A DNA stretch of 52,332 nucleotides from Holosporaceae bacterium UBA3830. GTDB taxonomy: Bacteria; Pseudomonadota; Alphaproteobacteria; UBA3830. Below the pieces are notes generated by a model. The model searched no databases. It was given only the letters and a program-made list of their open reading frames with translations, and was not told the DNA's origin. Each line of letters opens with the position of its first letter. The first letter of the stretch is position 1. The position numbers were made by a program, and so were the translations under genes. Shown piece by piece: positions 19,470 through 28,853 of this stretch. Location of the stretch: the NCBI GenBank assembly GCA_002393025.1, contig DGIE01000061.1, positions 1 through 52,332 on the forward strand. The letters are read 5' to 3'.

Positions 19470-20072
19470 ATGTACAATACTAGTATAGACCTGGATGAGA
19501 TGATGAGCAACAGAGAGAGTGATATACGAGATTTAACTGGAAGAATACTTCTTGCAACACCTAATATCCCCGATATTTATATGCGCAAATCGATGGTTTA
19601 TATTTGCAGACATTCTAATGGAGAAGCACTGGGGTTGGTCGTGAATAAAATTTTACCTGAGATAAATCTATTGCAAATTCTTACCAAGGGAAGTTTAGGT
19701 GATGCTGGAAATATAAAAATTCATATCGGAGGAGATCAGGATATAGATAAATGTTATATTCTCCATACTAACCAAAATTTATCTGAAAATACCATTTTTG
19801 TTCGCGATAATATATTCATGACAACATGTGATGACTTAATGAAGTCTTTTTCTTTTGTGATGAGCAAATCCGAACGAAAAATTTTGTGTTTGGGATGTTA
19901 TCGTTGGGGAGCTCAGGAATTGGAAAATGAAGTTTCCTCAAATTATTGGATTCCGATTCCTTCTGATGAAGCCTTAATTTTTGGGGATTCTCGTACAGAC
20001 AAATGGAGCAAGGCTTTTCTCAAGATAGGACTGCGATCTCCTTTGTTTTTAGATAAATTCGGAAAAGCTTAG
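19470..20072 (+). CDS. YqgE/AlgH family protein (UPF0301)
   Basis: LLATPNIPDIYMRKSMVYICRHSNGEALGLVVNK matches the YqgE/AlgH N-terminal core. Confidence 0.85.
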   Translation: MYNTSIDLDEMMSNRESDIRDLTGRILLATPNIPDIYMRKSMVYICRHSNGEALGLVVNKILPEINLLQILTKGSLGDAGNIKIHIGGDQDIDKCYILHTNQNLSENTIFVRDNIFMTTCDDLMKSFSFVMSKSERKILCLGCYRWGAQELENEVSSNYWIPIPSDEALIFGDSRTDKWSKAFLKIGLRSPLFLDKFGKA

Positions 20073-20261
20073 TTTGCGTAAAAACACATAGAGCACAAAT
20101 GAAAATATTCACAAAATCAAGCGGAATATAGTTAATTTTATAAAAATAGTACATTGTTTTGTTTGAGAAAAGGAGGGAGGATTTGTGTTTAAGACGAAAT
20201 ATCAACTAGACATCGCATTGAACAAGTTGTAGATTGGGAGGGAGTTTTTTAGGAGATTAAT

Positions 20262-21656
20262 ATGAAAAGATGTCGTAATACTAAAATAGTTGCAACGATT
20301 GGTCCTTCGAGCAACAGTCCTGAAGTTATCGAGAAACTGTATCTTAGTGGAGTTGATGTTTTCAGATTAAATTTTTCTCATGGAGATCATGCAGGACATG
20401 AAAAAGTTTACGATATCATTAGATCGACTGGTCGCAAATATCATTCTTTTCCGACGATTTTAGTTGATCTTCAAGGTCCTAAGTTAAGAGTTGGCACTTT
20501 TGAAAACAGCAAAATTTTTCTTGAGGAAGGTGATGTTTTCAGATTTGATTTAGACAAGACACCAGGTGATACAAAGAGAGTTAATTTGCCTCATCCTGAG
20601 ATTCTGGAAGCTCTGAAAGTCGGAACGACGTTGTTGTTAGACGATGGTAAGTTGCGTTTTGAGGTTTTGTCTTGTTCTCCTGAATATGCGGAAGTGAAAG
20701 TGATTGTAGGGGGACAATTATCCAATAGAAAAGGAGTTAATGTTCCGCACGTAATGCTTCCGATTCCAGCGTTGACGAAAAAAGATAGAGATGATTTGGA
20801 TTTTGCTTTAAAGTTAGGAGTTGATTGGGTAGCTCTTTCTTTTGTTCAGAATGTCGAAGATGTGGAGGAAGCCCATAACATAATAAAGGGAAGAGCGAAG
20901 GTTTTGGCAAAGATAGAAAAACCTTTAGCTGTTCAGTCAATTGAGCCTATTACCAAGATTTCGGATGGTATTATGGTTGCTCGAGGTGATTTGGGTGTTG
21001 AGATGAATCCCGAAGAGGTACCTATGGCACAGCGCTTAATTATAAATACGTGTCACAGAATGGGGAAACCTGTTATTGTTGCTACTCAAATGTTGGAATC
21101 AATGATAACTTCTCCAAGTCCGACACGAGCTGAAGTTTCGGATGTTGCAAATGCTGTGTATTGCGGAGCCGATGCGACGATGCTGTCAGCAGAATCTGCT
21201 TCAGGGCAATATCCTTTGGAGGCTGTAAGCATGATGAGCAGAATTATCGAGGTTACAGAAAGAGATCCGAGTTGCGTGAGAAGAATTGAAGATGATACGC
21301 AATGTCCACATCAGACAGCCTTAGATGCAAAATGCAAGGCAGCAAAGTCCGCAGCAATGTATAGTAATGCGTCCTGCATTGTGATGTTTACGGATTCTTT
21401 TGAACATGTGGCCTGTTGTGCGAGGTTCAGGCCTACGTGTCCTATTCTGTTAGGAACAAGTTCGGATCATCTTTCTCGACAAGCCGGGTTGTTATGCGGG
21501 GTATATTCATTCGTAATGAAAAAAGAATTTAATCTGGATAAGCTTTGTAAAATAGCGACAACTGCTGTTGTGGATCGAAAATTCGCAAAAATCGGAGATA
21601 ATATTGTGATGTTAAACGATTTTGATAATGATTCGGTAAATATTTTAAAGATTTAG
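20262..21656 (+). CDS. pyk: Pyruvate kinase
   Basis: RNTKIVATIGPSS, FRLNFSHG, MVARGDLGVE and ATQMLESM are canonical PK motifs. Confidence 0.95.
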   Translation: MKRCRNTKIVATIGPSSNSPEVIEKLYLSGVDVFRLNFSHGDHAGHEKVYDIIRSTGRKYHSFPTILVDLQGPKLRVGTFENSKIFLEEGDVFRFDLDKTPGDTKRVNLPHPEILEALKVGTTLLLDDGKLRFEVLSCSPEYAEVKVIVGGQLSNRKGVNVPHVMLPIPALTKKDRDDLDFALKLGVDWVALSFVQNVEDVEEAHNIIKGRAKVLAKIEKPLAVQSIEPITKISDGIMVARGDLGVEMNPEEVPMAQRLIINTCHRMGKPVIVATQMLESMITSPSPTRAEVSDVANAVYCGADATMLSAESASGQYPLEAVSMMSRIIEVTERDPSCVRRIEDDTQCPHQTALDAKCKAAKSAAMYSNASCIVMFTDSFEHVACCARFRPTCPILLGTSSDHLSRQAGLLCGVYSFVMKKEFNLDKLCKIATTAVVDRKFAKIGDNIVMLNDFDNDSVNILKI

Positions 21657-21660
21657 TTAT

Positions 21661-22464
21661 ATGAAATATCTTGTTTATAGCTTGTTTTGTATTTCACTTG
21701 TTTCTCATGTTTGGGGGGACACAAAACAAGATTTGAATGTGCAGTCAGCAGTTGGTACAGGGATCGAGAGGAGTTCGCAAGATCCCAGTGCTCCTTTTCC
21801 CGATACCAAAAAATCGGACTTAGAAAAACAGGAGGAGAGTTCCCAATTTATAGATGAAAGCAAATCGTTTTCCGAGAATCTGAAAAATCTGGAAATTCCT
21901 GATTCGTTTAAACTGGATGATATAGTTATAGGGGATGAACAAGCTCCTCATACGCTGATTGTATATTCGTCTTTTAGTTGTAATCATTGTTGCAAATTTC
22001 ACAAGGAAGAGTTTCCTAAACTAAAAAAGCAGTATGTCGATGCAGGAAAGTTAAGGATTGTTTTGCGCAACTATATAGATGATCTCGGAGCTTTGGAAGC
22101 GGCAATTTTGATGAGAATTTTTTATAAAAAATCCAAGGATGCTATTGCTTTATACAGAATGATTTTTGGTGTCCAAAAAGACTGGATGAAGTCTTCAAAT
22201 CCTCGTGAATTTTTGAAACAAATTTTCATAAAAGCGGGATATGACAAGGAAGAAGTTGCAAATTATCTGGACACGAACAATCAAGAATATAAAAAAATTT
22301 CTGCAGGACTTATGAAAGAACAACAATGGGCAATGCATGTTTTGCAAATATCGTCTGTACCGGCGTTTGTTCTAGATAACCGAGTTCATCAGGGAGTTTT
22401 AACTAGCGAAGAAATCATAGAAAAAATGGGGATGGAATCAGAGAAAAAATTATCCGACCGTTAA
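21661..22464 (+). CDS. DsbA-family (Com1-like) periplasmic thiol:disulfide oxidoreductase
   Basis: Signal peptide MKYLVYSLFCISLVSHVWG and a thioredoxin-fold CxxC active site SSFSCNHCCKFH. Confidence 0.8.
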   Translation: MKYLVYSLFCISLVSHVWGDTKQDLNVQSAVGTGIERSSQDPSAPFPDTKKSDLEKQEESSQFIDESKSFSENLKNLEIPDSFKLDDIVIGDEQAPHTLIVYSSFSCNHCCKFHKEEFPKLKKQYVDAGKLRIVLRNYIDDLGALEAAILMRIFYKKSKDAIALYRMIFGVQKDWMKSSNPREFLKQIFIKAGYDKEEVANYLDTNNQEYKKISAGLMKEQQWAMHVLQISSVPAFVLDNRVHQGVLTSEEIIEKMGMESEKKLSDR

Positions 22465-22583
22465 AATTCTAGATTATTTTCAAAAGAGTTACAAAATCAG
22501 GTAGTTATCTGTGTTTTGGTCTGATTGCCTGTGTGGTCGGTCTATGATAGACTCAGCATCGCAAGTTGATTCGGTGTTAAGTT

Positions 22584-23912
22584 ATGAAAATTGCCTTAAT
22601 AGGGCGTCCTAATGTAGGGAAGTCGACGCTTTTTAATCGTTTGGTTGGTCAAAGGAATGCTATCGTTGGGGATATGCCTGGGATTACCCGTGACAGAAAA
22701 ATTGTAGATGCAGATTTTTTCGGAATTCATATTAAAGTTATCGATACTCCAGGAATAGATCCTTTTTCAAAAGATGATCTGGCAAAATCCATGAATTTAC
22801 AATCTCTCGCAGCGTTGTCGGAATCTGATATTGTGTTTTTTGTCGTGGATGCTATTGATGGCGTTACAGAATATGATAAATCCATTGCCGTATGGCTAAG
22901 AAAATCGTTTAAACAATATGGAAACCGTCCTGTAATAGTAATAAAGAATAAAAGTGAAAATCCGTCAGTACAGGTTAGCACTGCTTCGTTGGGCTTTGGG
23001 GAAGGCGTTGCGATTTCGGCGGAGCACAATTTGGGGTTTGATGAGCTTTTAAATTTAATGAGTGATTTTGATTTCCCAGGAGAGGAACCTTTTGAAGACA
23101 AGGAGATTCCATTAAAAGTTGCAATTATTGGACGCCCAAATGTAGGCAAATCCACTTTGATTAATGCAATTATTGGAGAAAATCGTTTGTTAACGGGGGA
23201 TAGAGCTGGGATTACCCGTGATTCCATTTCTTTGAATTGGAAATATAAAGGTAAAAAAATTTCCCTGATTGATACTGCTGGACAGAGGAAAAGATCGAAA
23301 ATTCAAAAAAAGGCAGAAAGCATGTCTGTATCTGACGCATGGAGATATGTAAAGCAGTCCCATGTTGTGGTATTGGTTATGGATATTCGACAACCTTTGG
23401 AAAAGCAAGATGTAACCATTGCTCGTAAAGCTTTTGATGAGGGGAAAATTATAATTTTTGCGTTAAATAAAAGTGATATGGTTCCAAATGCAGAAGAAAT
23501 TCAAGAAGACGTTGAACGTCGAGCGAAATACGAATTTTCTCAGGTGTTAGGAGTTCCCTGTTTGCTGGTTTCTGCTAAGGAGAGATTAGGGCTTGTGAGA
23601 ATTTTCAACAAAGCTTTTGAACTTTATGATAAATGGAATACAAGAATTTCGACAGGTGCTCTCAATAAGTGGTTTCATTGGGCTATCGAAAGAAATCATC
23701 CTCCGTTGGTTAATGGCATGCCTATAAAGTTGAAATATATTTCGCAAACCAATACTCGTCCTCCGACTTTTGCAATTTTTGCTAACCGAGTTGAGTATTT
23801 GCCTGAAAGTTACAAGAAATATCTTGTGAATAATTTACGAAAGTCTTTTAATTTTGATGGGATTCCATTACGGATTTTTGTAAGACAGAGAAAGAATCCT
23901 TATGCGGAATAA
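22584..23912 (+). CDS. der: Ribosome-associated GTPase Der (EngA)
   Basis: Two tandem GTPase domains, GRPNVGKSTLFNRL and GRPNVGKSTLINAI, plus a KH-like C-terminus. Confidence 0.95.
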   Translation: MKIALIGRPNVGKSTLFNRLVGQRNAIVGDMPGITRDRKIVDADFFGIHIKVIDTPGIDPFSKDDLAKSMNLQSLAALSESDIVFFVVDAIDGVTEYDKSIAVWLRKSFKQYGNRPVIVIKNKSENPSVQVSTASLGFGEGVAISAEHNLGFDELLNLMSDFDFPGEEPFEDKEIPLKVAIIGRPNVGKSTLINAIIGENRLLTGDRAGITRDSISLNWKYKGKKISLIDTAGQRKRSKIQKKAESMSVSDAWRYVKQSHVVVLVMDIRQPLEKQDVTIARKAFDEGKIIIFALNKSDMVPNAEEIQEDVERRAKYEFSQVLGVPCLLVSAKERLGLVRIFNKAFELYDKWNTRISTGALNKWFHWAIERNHPPLVNGMPIKLKYISQTNTRPPTFAIFANRVEYLPESYKKYLVNNLRKSFNFDGIPLRIFVRQRKNPYAE

Positions 23913-23999
23913 ATTTTAAAAGATTTACACTTAAAAAAAAGAAAGGCTGTGAGAAAAATTTTGCTAAAAGTCACAGACGGTAGTATACTCTAACGGTTT

Positions 24000-25451
24000 T
24001 TGAGTAATAAGAGTGATATGGATCCGCTGGAATCTAGATTTCAATCACAATCGATGAGAGAGTTGCCACATAATTTAGAGGCAGAGCAGTCTTTACTGGG
24101 GTCTCTCATGCTAAATAACGAATGTTTCGAGGATATCTCTGATATAGTGTCACCTGCGCATTTCTTTGTTCCGGTAAATGGAGAAATTTTTTCAGTGATG
24201 AGCTCCCTAATTTCTCAAGGTTTGGTGGCTGATCCCATTACGCTGCGTTCATACTTTGAAAAGAACGATAGTTTGCAGAAAGTTGAGGGTGGGAATTACC
24301 TAATTCAGTTGGTAAATTCTGTGGTATCGATTGCCGGCGCTGAAGATTATGCCAAACTTATATATGATTTATACAACCGGCGACAATTGATTCTTATTGG
24401 GGAGGATATTATTCGTGAGGCTTCAATTTTTGATCTGAATGCAAATAGTGAATCTCTTATAGAAAAAGCCGAATCCCAACTATATGATTTGGCTATGGAC
24501 AATACTCGCGGAATGTGTATGAGCTTTTCCGATGTTGTCAAAACAGCAGTTCAAACCATAGAAGAAGCTTACAAAAGTGAAAATAAGCTTATAGGCGTTA
24601 CCAGTGGGTTTATCGATCTGAATCGAAAACTTGGTGGGCTTAATAGATCAGATTTGATTATTCTTGCAGGGCGTCCTTCTATGGGAAAAACTGCTTTGGC
24701 CACAAATATTGCGTTCAAAGTTGCAATGGATAAGTTGCTTGAAAGGGAAGGGGCAGGAAAAGTTGCATTTTTTTCTTTAGAGATGTCTGCTGAACAATTG
24801 GTTTCTCGTATTTTATCTCAGGAGAGTATGATTCCTTCTGAAAAAATTCGTCGAGGAGAAATAAAAGAGGAAGAAATCGGAAAAATTCGAAGTTTACAAA
24901 AAAAATTGGCTAATATTCCTCTTTTCATAGAAGATACTCCTGCAATGACTGTTTCTTCTATTCGAACTCGTGCAAGAAAATTACAGAGAAAAGAAGGATT
25001 GGATCTGATCGTTATTGATTATCTGCAGTTACTTCAGGGAAGTACTGATCGACGCAATGATAATCGTGTTCAGGAAATTTCGGAAATTACACGTTCGTTA
25101 AAAGGATTGGCCAAAGAGTTAAATATTCCGATTATTGCGCTGTCTCAGTTGTCACGAGCGGTTGAAATTCGTGATGATAAACGTCCGCAGCTGGCAGATC
25201 TTCGAGAATCAGGTTCCATCGAGCAAGATGCCGATGTCGTTATGTTTGTGTATAGAGAAGAATATTATCTCGAAAGAACAAAACCGCAAGAAGGAACACC
25301 GGAATTTGATAAGTGGTATACAAAAATGCAGAATGCTCATAATAAAGCAGAAGTTATCATTGCCAAACAGCGACACGGACCTATTGGCACCGTAGAGTTG
25401 TTTTTTGATGGTCAATTCACAAAGTTTGATAATTTAGCTGATAATAGGTAG
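24000..25451 (+). CDS. dnaB: Replicative DNA helicase DnaB
   Basis: PHNLEAEQSLLGSLML, Walker A GRPSMGKTALATNIA, and SQLSRAVE. The start is ambiguous (TTG 24000 or ATG 24018). A candidate promoter is TTGCTA (23961-66), 17 nt, TATACT (23984-89). Confidence 0.93.
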   Translation: MSNKSDMDPLESRFQSQSMRELPHNLEAEQSLLGSLMLNNECFEDISDIVSPAHFFVPVNGEIFSVMSSLISQGLVADPITLRSYFEKNDSLQKVEGGNYLIQLVNSVVSIAGAEDYAKLIYDLYNRRQLILIGEDIIREASIFDLNANSESLIEKAESQLYDLAMDNTRGMCMSFSDVVKTAVQTIEEAYKSENKLIGVTSGFIDLNRKLGGLNRSDLIILAGRPSMGKTALATNIAFKVAMDKLLEREGAGKVAFFSLEMSAEQLVSRILSQESMIPSEKIRRGEIKEEEIGKIRSLQKKLANIPLFIEDTPAMTVSSIRTRARKLQRKEGLDLIVIDYLQLLQGSTDRRNDNRVQEISEITRSLKGLAKELNIPIIALSQLSRAVEIRDDKRPQLADLRESGSIEQDADVVMFVYREEYYLERTKPQEGTPEFDKWYTKMQNAHNKAEVIIAKQRHGPIGTVELFFDGQFTKFDNLADNR

Positions 25452-25466
25452 AAACAGGTATAAGGA

Positions 25467-26597
25467 ATGGATTTTCAAAGAGTTTTGGATAAGGTTGCAC
25501 CTCAGGTATTGTCGGTCGCGGTGATAAATTTGGATAATATTGCGTATAACTATCATAAAGTTGAAGACGAGCTCTCTAAAGGTTCGATCGTCTCTGCCGT
25601 GGTAAAAGGAAATTCTTATGGTTTCGGAGCAGTTCCCGTCAGTAGAAGATTGTATAAAGAGGGCTGCAGGAATTTTTTTGTCGCTACCATAGACGAAGGA
25701 ATCGAAATAAGAAATGTGCTTACCGATGAAAGTGTCCGAATATTCGTTTTAAGTGGAGTTTTTGAAAATACCGAAGATGTTTTGCTTAAATATAAACTTG
25801 TTCCTGTCGTAAATAACTGGGTTCAAGCGAATATTTGGGTGAAAAAAGCAAAAGATCTAAACACAAAATTAGATGTCGTGGTACATGTAGATACAGGAAT
25901 GTCTCGCAACGGATTTTTGGAAGATGACGAGCAACGTAGTCGTAAGGATATCTTAGACAACCTGAATTTGCTTTTTGTTATGAGTCACTTGGCTTGTGCT
26001 GATGATGCCTCCAGTGAAATGAACAAAAAGCAACTGGAAAGATTCAAATCCGCTTTGAAAAAGTTCGATAATCCGATGTCTTGTTTATCTGCAACTAACG
26101 GAATTTTTTTGGGAAAAGACTATCAATTCGATATGGTAAGACCGGGAAAGGCTATTTACGGTTTTTCGATTCGTGAAGATATGATAGGAATTGTAAAACC
26201 CGTCATGGATATTTTTTCGAGAATTGTTCAGGTTAATCATTTAAAAAAGGGAGATACTGTGGGGTACGGATCGACTTTTATCGCTCCTCACGATATGACT
26301 TCCATAACTTTGGGAATAGGTTATTCCGACGGATTTATGAGAAAATTTTCGGGATTCGGACACGGATTTTTAGGAGGTAAAAAGCTCCCTATGATAGGTC
26401 GGATTTCGATGGATTACATAACCCTTGATGCATTGGAAGTTGATGAAAAGTATTTAAAACTAGGAAATTGGGTTGCGCTGACTCATTCTCCTGACTACAC
26501 CGTTGAAAAATGGGCTCTTGAATTGGGAACCATTCCTCACGAAATTACTTGCCGCTTGGGAAGTCGTGTCGAAAAGATTTATATAGGTGATATTTGA
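25467..26597 (+). CDS. alr: Alanine racemase
   Basis: PLP-lysine region AVVKGNSYGFG, C-terminal motifs GYGSTF and GRISMD. Length is 376 aa. Confidence 0.9.
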   Translation: MDFQRVLDKVAPQVLSVAVINLDNIAYNYHKVEDELSKGSIVSAVVKGNSYGFGAVPVSRRLYKEGCRNFFVATIDEGIEIRNVLTDESVRIFVLSGVFENTEDVLLKYKLVPVVNNWVQANIWVKKAKDLNTKLDVVVHVDTGMSRNGFLEDDEQRSRKDILDNLNLLFVMSHLACADDASSEMNKKQLERFKSALKKFDNPMSCLSATNGIFLGKDYQFDMVRPGKAIYGFSIREDMIGIVKPVMDIFSRIVQVNHLKKGDTVGYGSTFIAPHDMTSITLGIGYSDGFMRKFSGFGHGFLGGKKLPMIGRISMDYITLDALEVDEKYLKLGNWVALTHSPDYTVEKWALELGTIPHEITCRLGSRVEKIYIGDI

Positions 26598-26609
26598 TGA
26601 CCAATGGGG

Positions 26610-28220
26610 TTAGCTGACATATTCGGCAAGCCAATCAGAAATATTTTTTGGAAGATCCAGCGAGTTTAAAATTTTTTCATTGTAATTTTTCAACCACTGT
26701 TTTTCTTCGGTTGAGAGTAGTGAATAGTTGATCAGTTTATTGTCAAATGGGACCAGTGAGATTGTATCAAAACAAATAAACCCATCCTTTTCTTCTGTTA
26801 CGATCATGTTCTCCAAGCGAACCCCTATGTGATTTTCAATATAAACACCCGGTTCATTTGATAATAGAATATTAGCTTGCAAAGGAATTTTATTATTTCG
26901 GGAAATGGCAACAGGACCTTCGTGTACATTCGACATATACCCGATGCCATGTCCGGTGGAGTGATTATAATCTAACGAATATTGTTGTAAAAATTTTCTG
27001 GCAGAGGTATCCAATATAGCGGCAGTTGATCCTTTTTTTAGTTTTGCACTCGCTACAGCAATATGTCCTTTTAAAACCAATGTGTAATATAACTTTTCCT
27101 TAGCAGATGGCTGCACTTTAGTTAGTGTTCGCGTAATATCTGTTGTTCCGAATTTATATTGCCCTCCGGAATCTAAAAGCAAAAATTTTTCAACTTTTTT
27201 GTTCGAATTTGATGAAGGAGTATAATGAACGATCGCAGAGTTTGCATCGGCAGCTGCGATGGTGTCAAAACTGTTCCCAATAAAATTTGGAGATCTTTTT
27301 CGAATAGAAAAAATCTTCTCTGCGCAATCCATTTCTGAAATATTTTCCGTATGGTAGAACCAAAACAAAAAATCTACCAAAGCTTCAGAATCTTCAATCG
27401 TGATTTTTTTTATATTCTCAATTTTATCTGCGGTTTTTATATACTTTATACTTGGAATCGGATTTTTAATATCAACTAAATTTTGCGAATTTAGAAAAGC
27501 AGGAGATTCATAAAAATCCAATCCGACCTTCGTAAACGAAGAGATATCATTAATCAAATTGCTGATATGTTTTTCTGAATAACAAGAATAGCTATCATCG
27601 AAATAAAAAATTTTTTCTCTATTTTTTGTGATAAAAAGATAGCCCAGCGTTACCGGAACGTTTTTTATTTTTATATCTCGCGTATTTAACAGCCAAGCAG
27701 AAGAGCAGGGGTCACAGATCAAATATCCGTCCAGATTATTTTCCTCTATAATTTTATAAATCCGTTCGAATTTTGATTCTTCTGATTTCCAAGAGATGAT
27801 TTCCGATTTTCTTTCAAATTTTTTCGTTTTCAAAAGTTCGTCTAAATTTATTTCTGTAAAATTATAATCTCTCAATTCAGATTTTATTTTGTTAATTAGG
27901 GAATGAGTAACAAATCGCGGATCAAAAGCGATATTTGACTGAAAATTTATATTCTCTTTTATCCAAGCGATAATTTTTTTCAAAGATAATGGTTGTATCG
28001 AAAATTTTTTTGAATCCACTGATATTTTGGCGGCCAGATCGTATCTTCCATCGACAAAAACGGCAGAATTGCTCTCTGAAATTACTGTCGCTCCAGCAGA
28101 CGCTTTTAAACCGCACAGTATTTTAAGAAAATCCGTGTTTTCGTCATCATTAAAGTTCGGATACAAACTGCCTTTTATGTATAGCAAAGCATCAAATCGT
28201 TGCAGTAATTCTTGTGTCAT
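26610..28220 (-). CDS. M24-family Xaa-Pro aminopeptidase (aminopeptidase P-like)
   Basis: Metal-ligand motifs of the M24B pita-bread fold: LLDSGGQY, TDITRT, HSTGHGIG, NEPGVY and RLENM. Confidence 0.85.
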   Translation of the reverse strand: MTQELLQRFDALLYIKGSLYPNFNDDENTDFLKILCGLKASAGATVISESNSAVFVDGRYDLAAKISVDSKKFSIQPLSLKKIIAWIKENINFQSNIAFDPRFVTHSLINKIKSELRDYNFTEINLDELLKTKKFERKSEIISWKSEESKFERIYKIIEENNLDGYLICDPCSSAWLLNTRDIKIKNVPVTLGYLFITKNREKIFYFDDSYSCYSEKHISNLINDISSFTKVGLDFYESPAFLNSQNLVDIKNPIPSIKYIKTADKIENIKKITIEDSEALVDFLFWFYHTENISEMDCAEKIFSIRKRSPNFIGNSFDTIAAADANSAIVHYTPSSNSNKKVEKFLLLDSGGQYKFGTTDITRTLTKVQPSAKEKLYYTLVLKGHIAVASAKLKKGSTAAILDTSARKFLQQYSLDYNHSTGHGIGYMSNVHEGPVAISRNNKIPLQANILLSNEPGVYIENHIGVRLENMIVTEEKDGFICFDTISLVPFDNKLINYSLLSTEEKQWLKNYNEKILNSLDLPKNISDWLAEYVS

Positions 28221-28810
28221 TTCACCAAAAACTTAATTAAAACAAATCCAATTATAACTATAAAAATTATGGCGAGCAGGGCGATTTTTTTATGTTTTTC
28301 TATGAAATTCAAAACATGATCCCCGTATTTTTTGCAAATCCATGATAAAACAATAAACCTTGTTGTACGAGTAATGATTGATGCTATAAAGAATACTAAA
28401 AGATTAACTTTTGCGAATCCACTTGCGATGGTGACGATTTTAAATGGAATAGGGGTTAATCCTTTCGCACAAATCAACCAAAAAGCCCAGGTGTCTCTTC
28501 CCATTTTTAAGACTAAATCATCAAACTGCGCTGGTGTTATATTGAACCAATCTAATATGTAAACACCCAGTGTTTTAAAGCATGCGTATCCGATGAAATA
28601 TCCTAAAAATCCACCCAAAACCGAAGCGATAGTGCACATTACGGCGTAATACATTGCTTTATGCTGATTTTTAGCCACAACTACAGCTAGTACGGGATCG
28701 GGAGGCAGCGGAAAAAATGAACTTTCAATGAAAGATACAAACATTAAAACACGAAGAGCATGCTTACTCTCAGCCTGTTTCATCATCCAATCATAAAGTT
28801 TTTCTACCAT
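28217..28810 (-). CDS. YqaA/DedA-superfamily (VTT domain) membrane protein
   Basis: ESSFFPLPPDPVLAVVV near the N-terminus and multiple TM segments. Length is 197 aa. Confidence 0.75.
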   Translation of the reverse strand: MVEKLYDWMMKQAESKHALRVLMFVSFIESSFFPLPPDPVLAVVVAKNQHKAMYYAVMCTIASVLGGFLGYFIGYACFKTLGVYILDWFNITPAQFDDLVLKMGRDTWAFWLICAKGLTPIPFKIVTIASGFAKVNLLVFFIASIITRTTRFIVLSWICKKYGDHVLNFIEKHKKIALLAIIFIVIIGFVLIKFLVK

Positions 28811-28853
28811 CAGTGTATCCTTTTGTTATCTTGAAATTTTCATGCTTTTATTT

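Noticed and set aside
20185-20232. 15-codon GTG ORF behind a strong AAGGAGGGAGG SD upstream of pyk, with a second GGGAGGGAG box at 20236-20244
   Set aside because: It is too short to evaluate. Purine-rich SD-like repeats are common by chance in leader regions, and no attenuator-like alternative hairpins were seen.
22727-23227. 166-aa minus-strand ORF
   Set aside because: It is fully antisense to the well-supported der (engA) gene. This is the typical shadow ORF of a GTPase gene.
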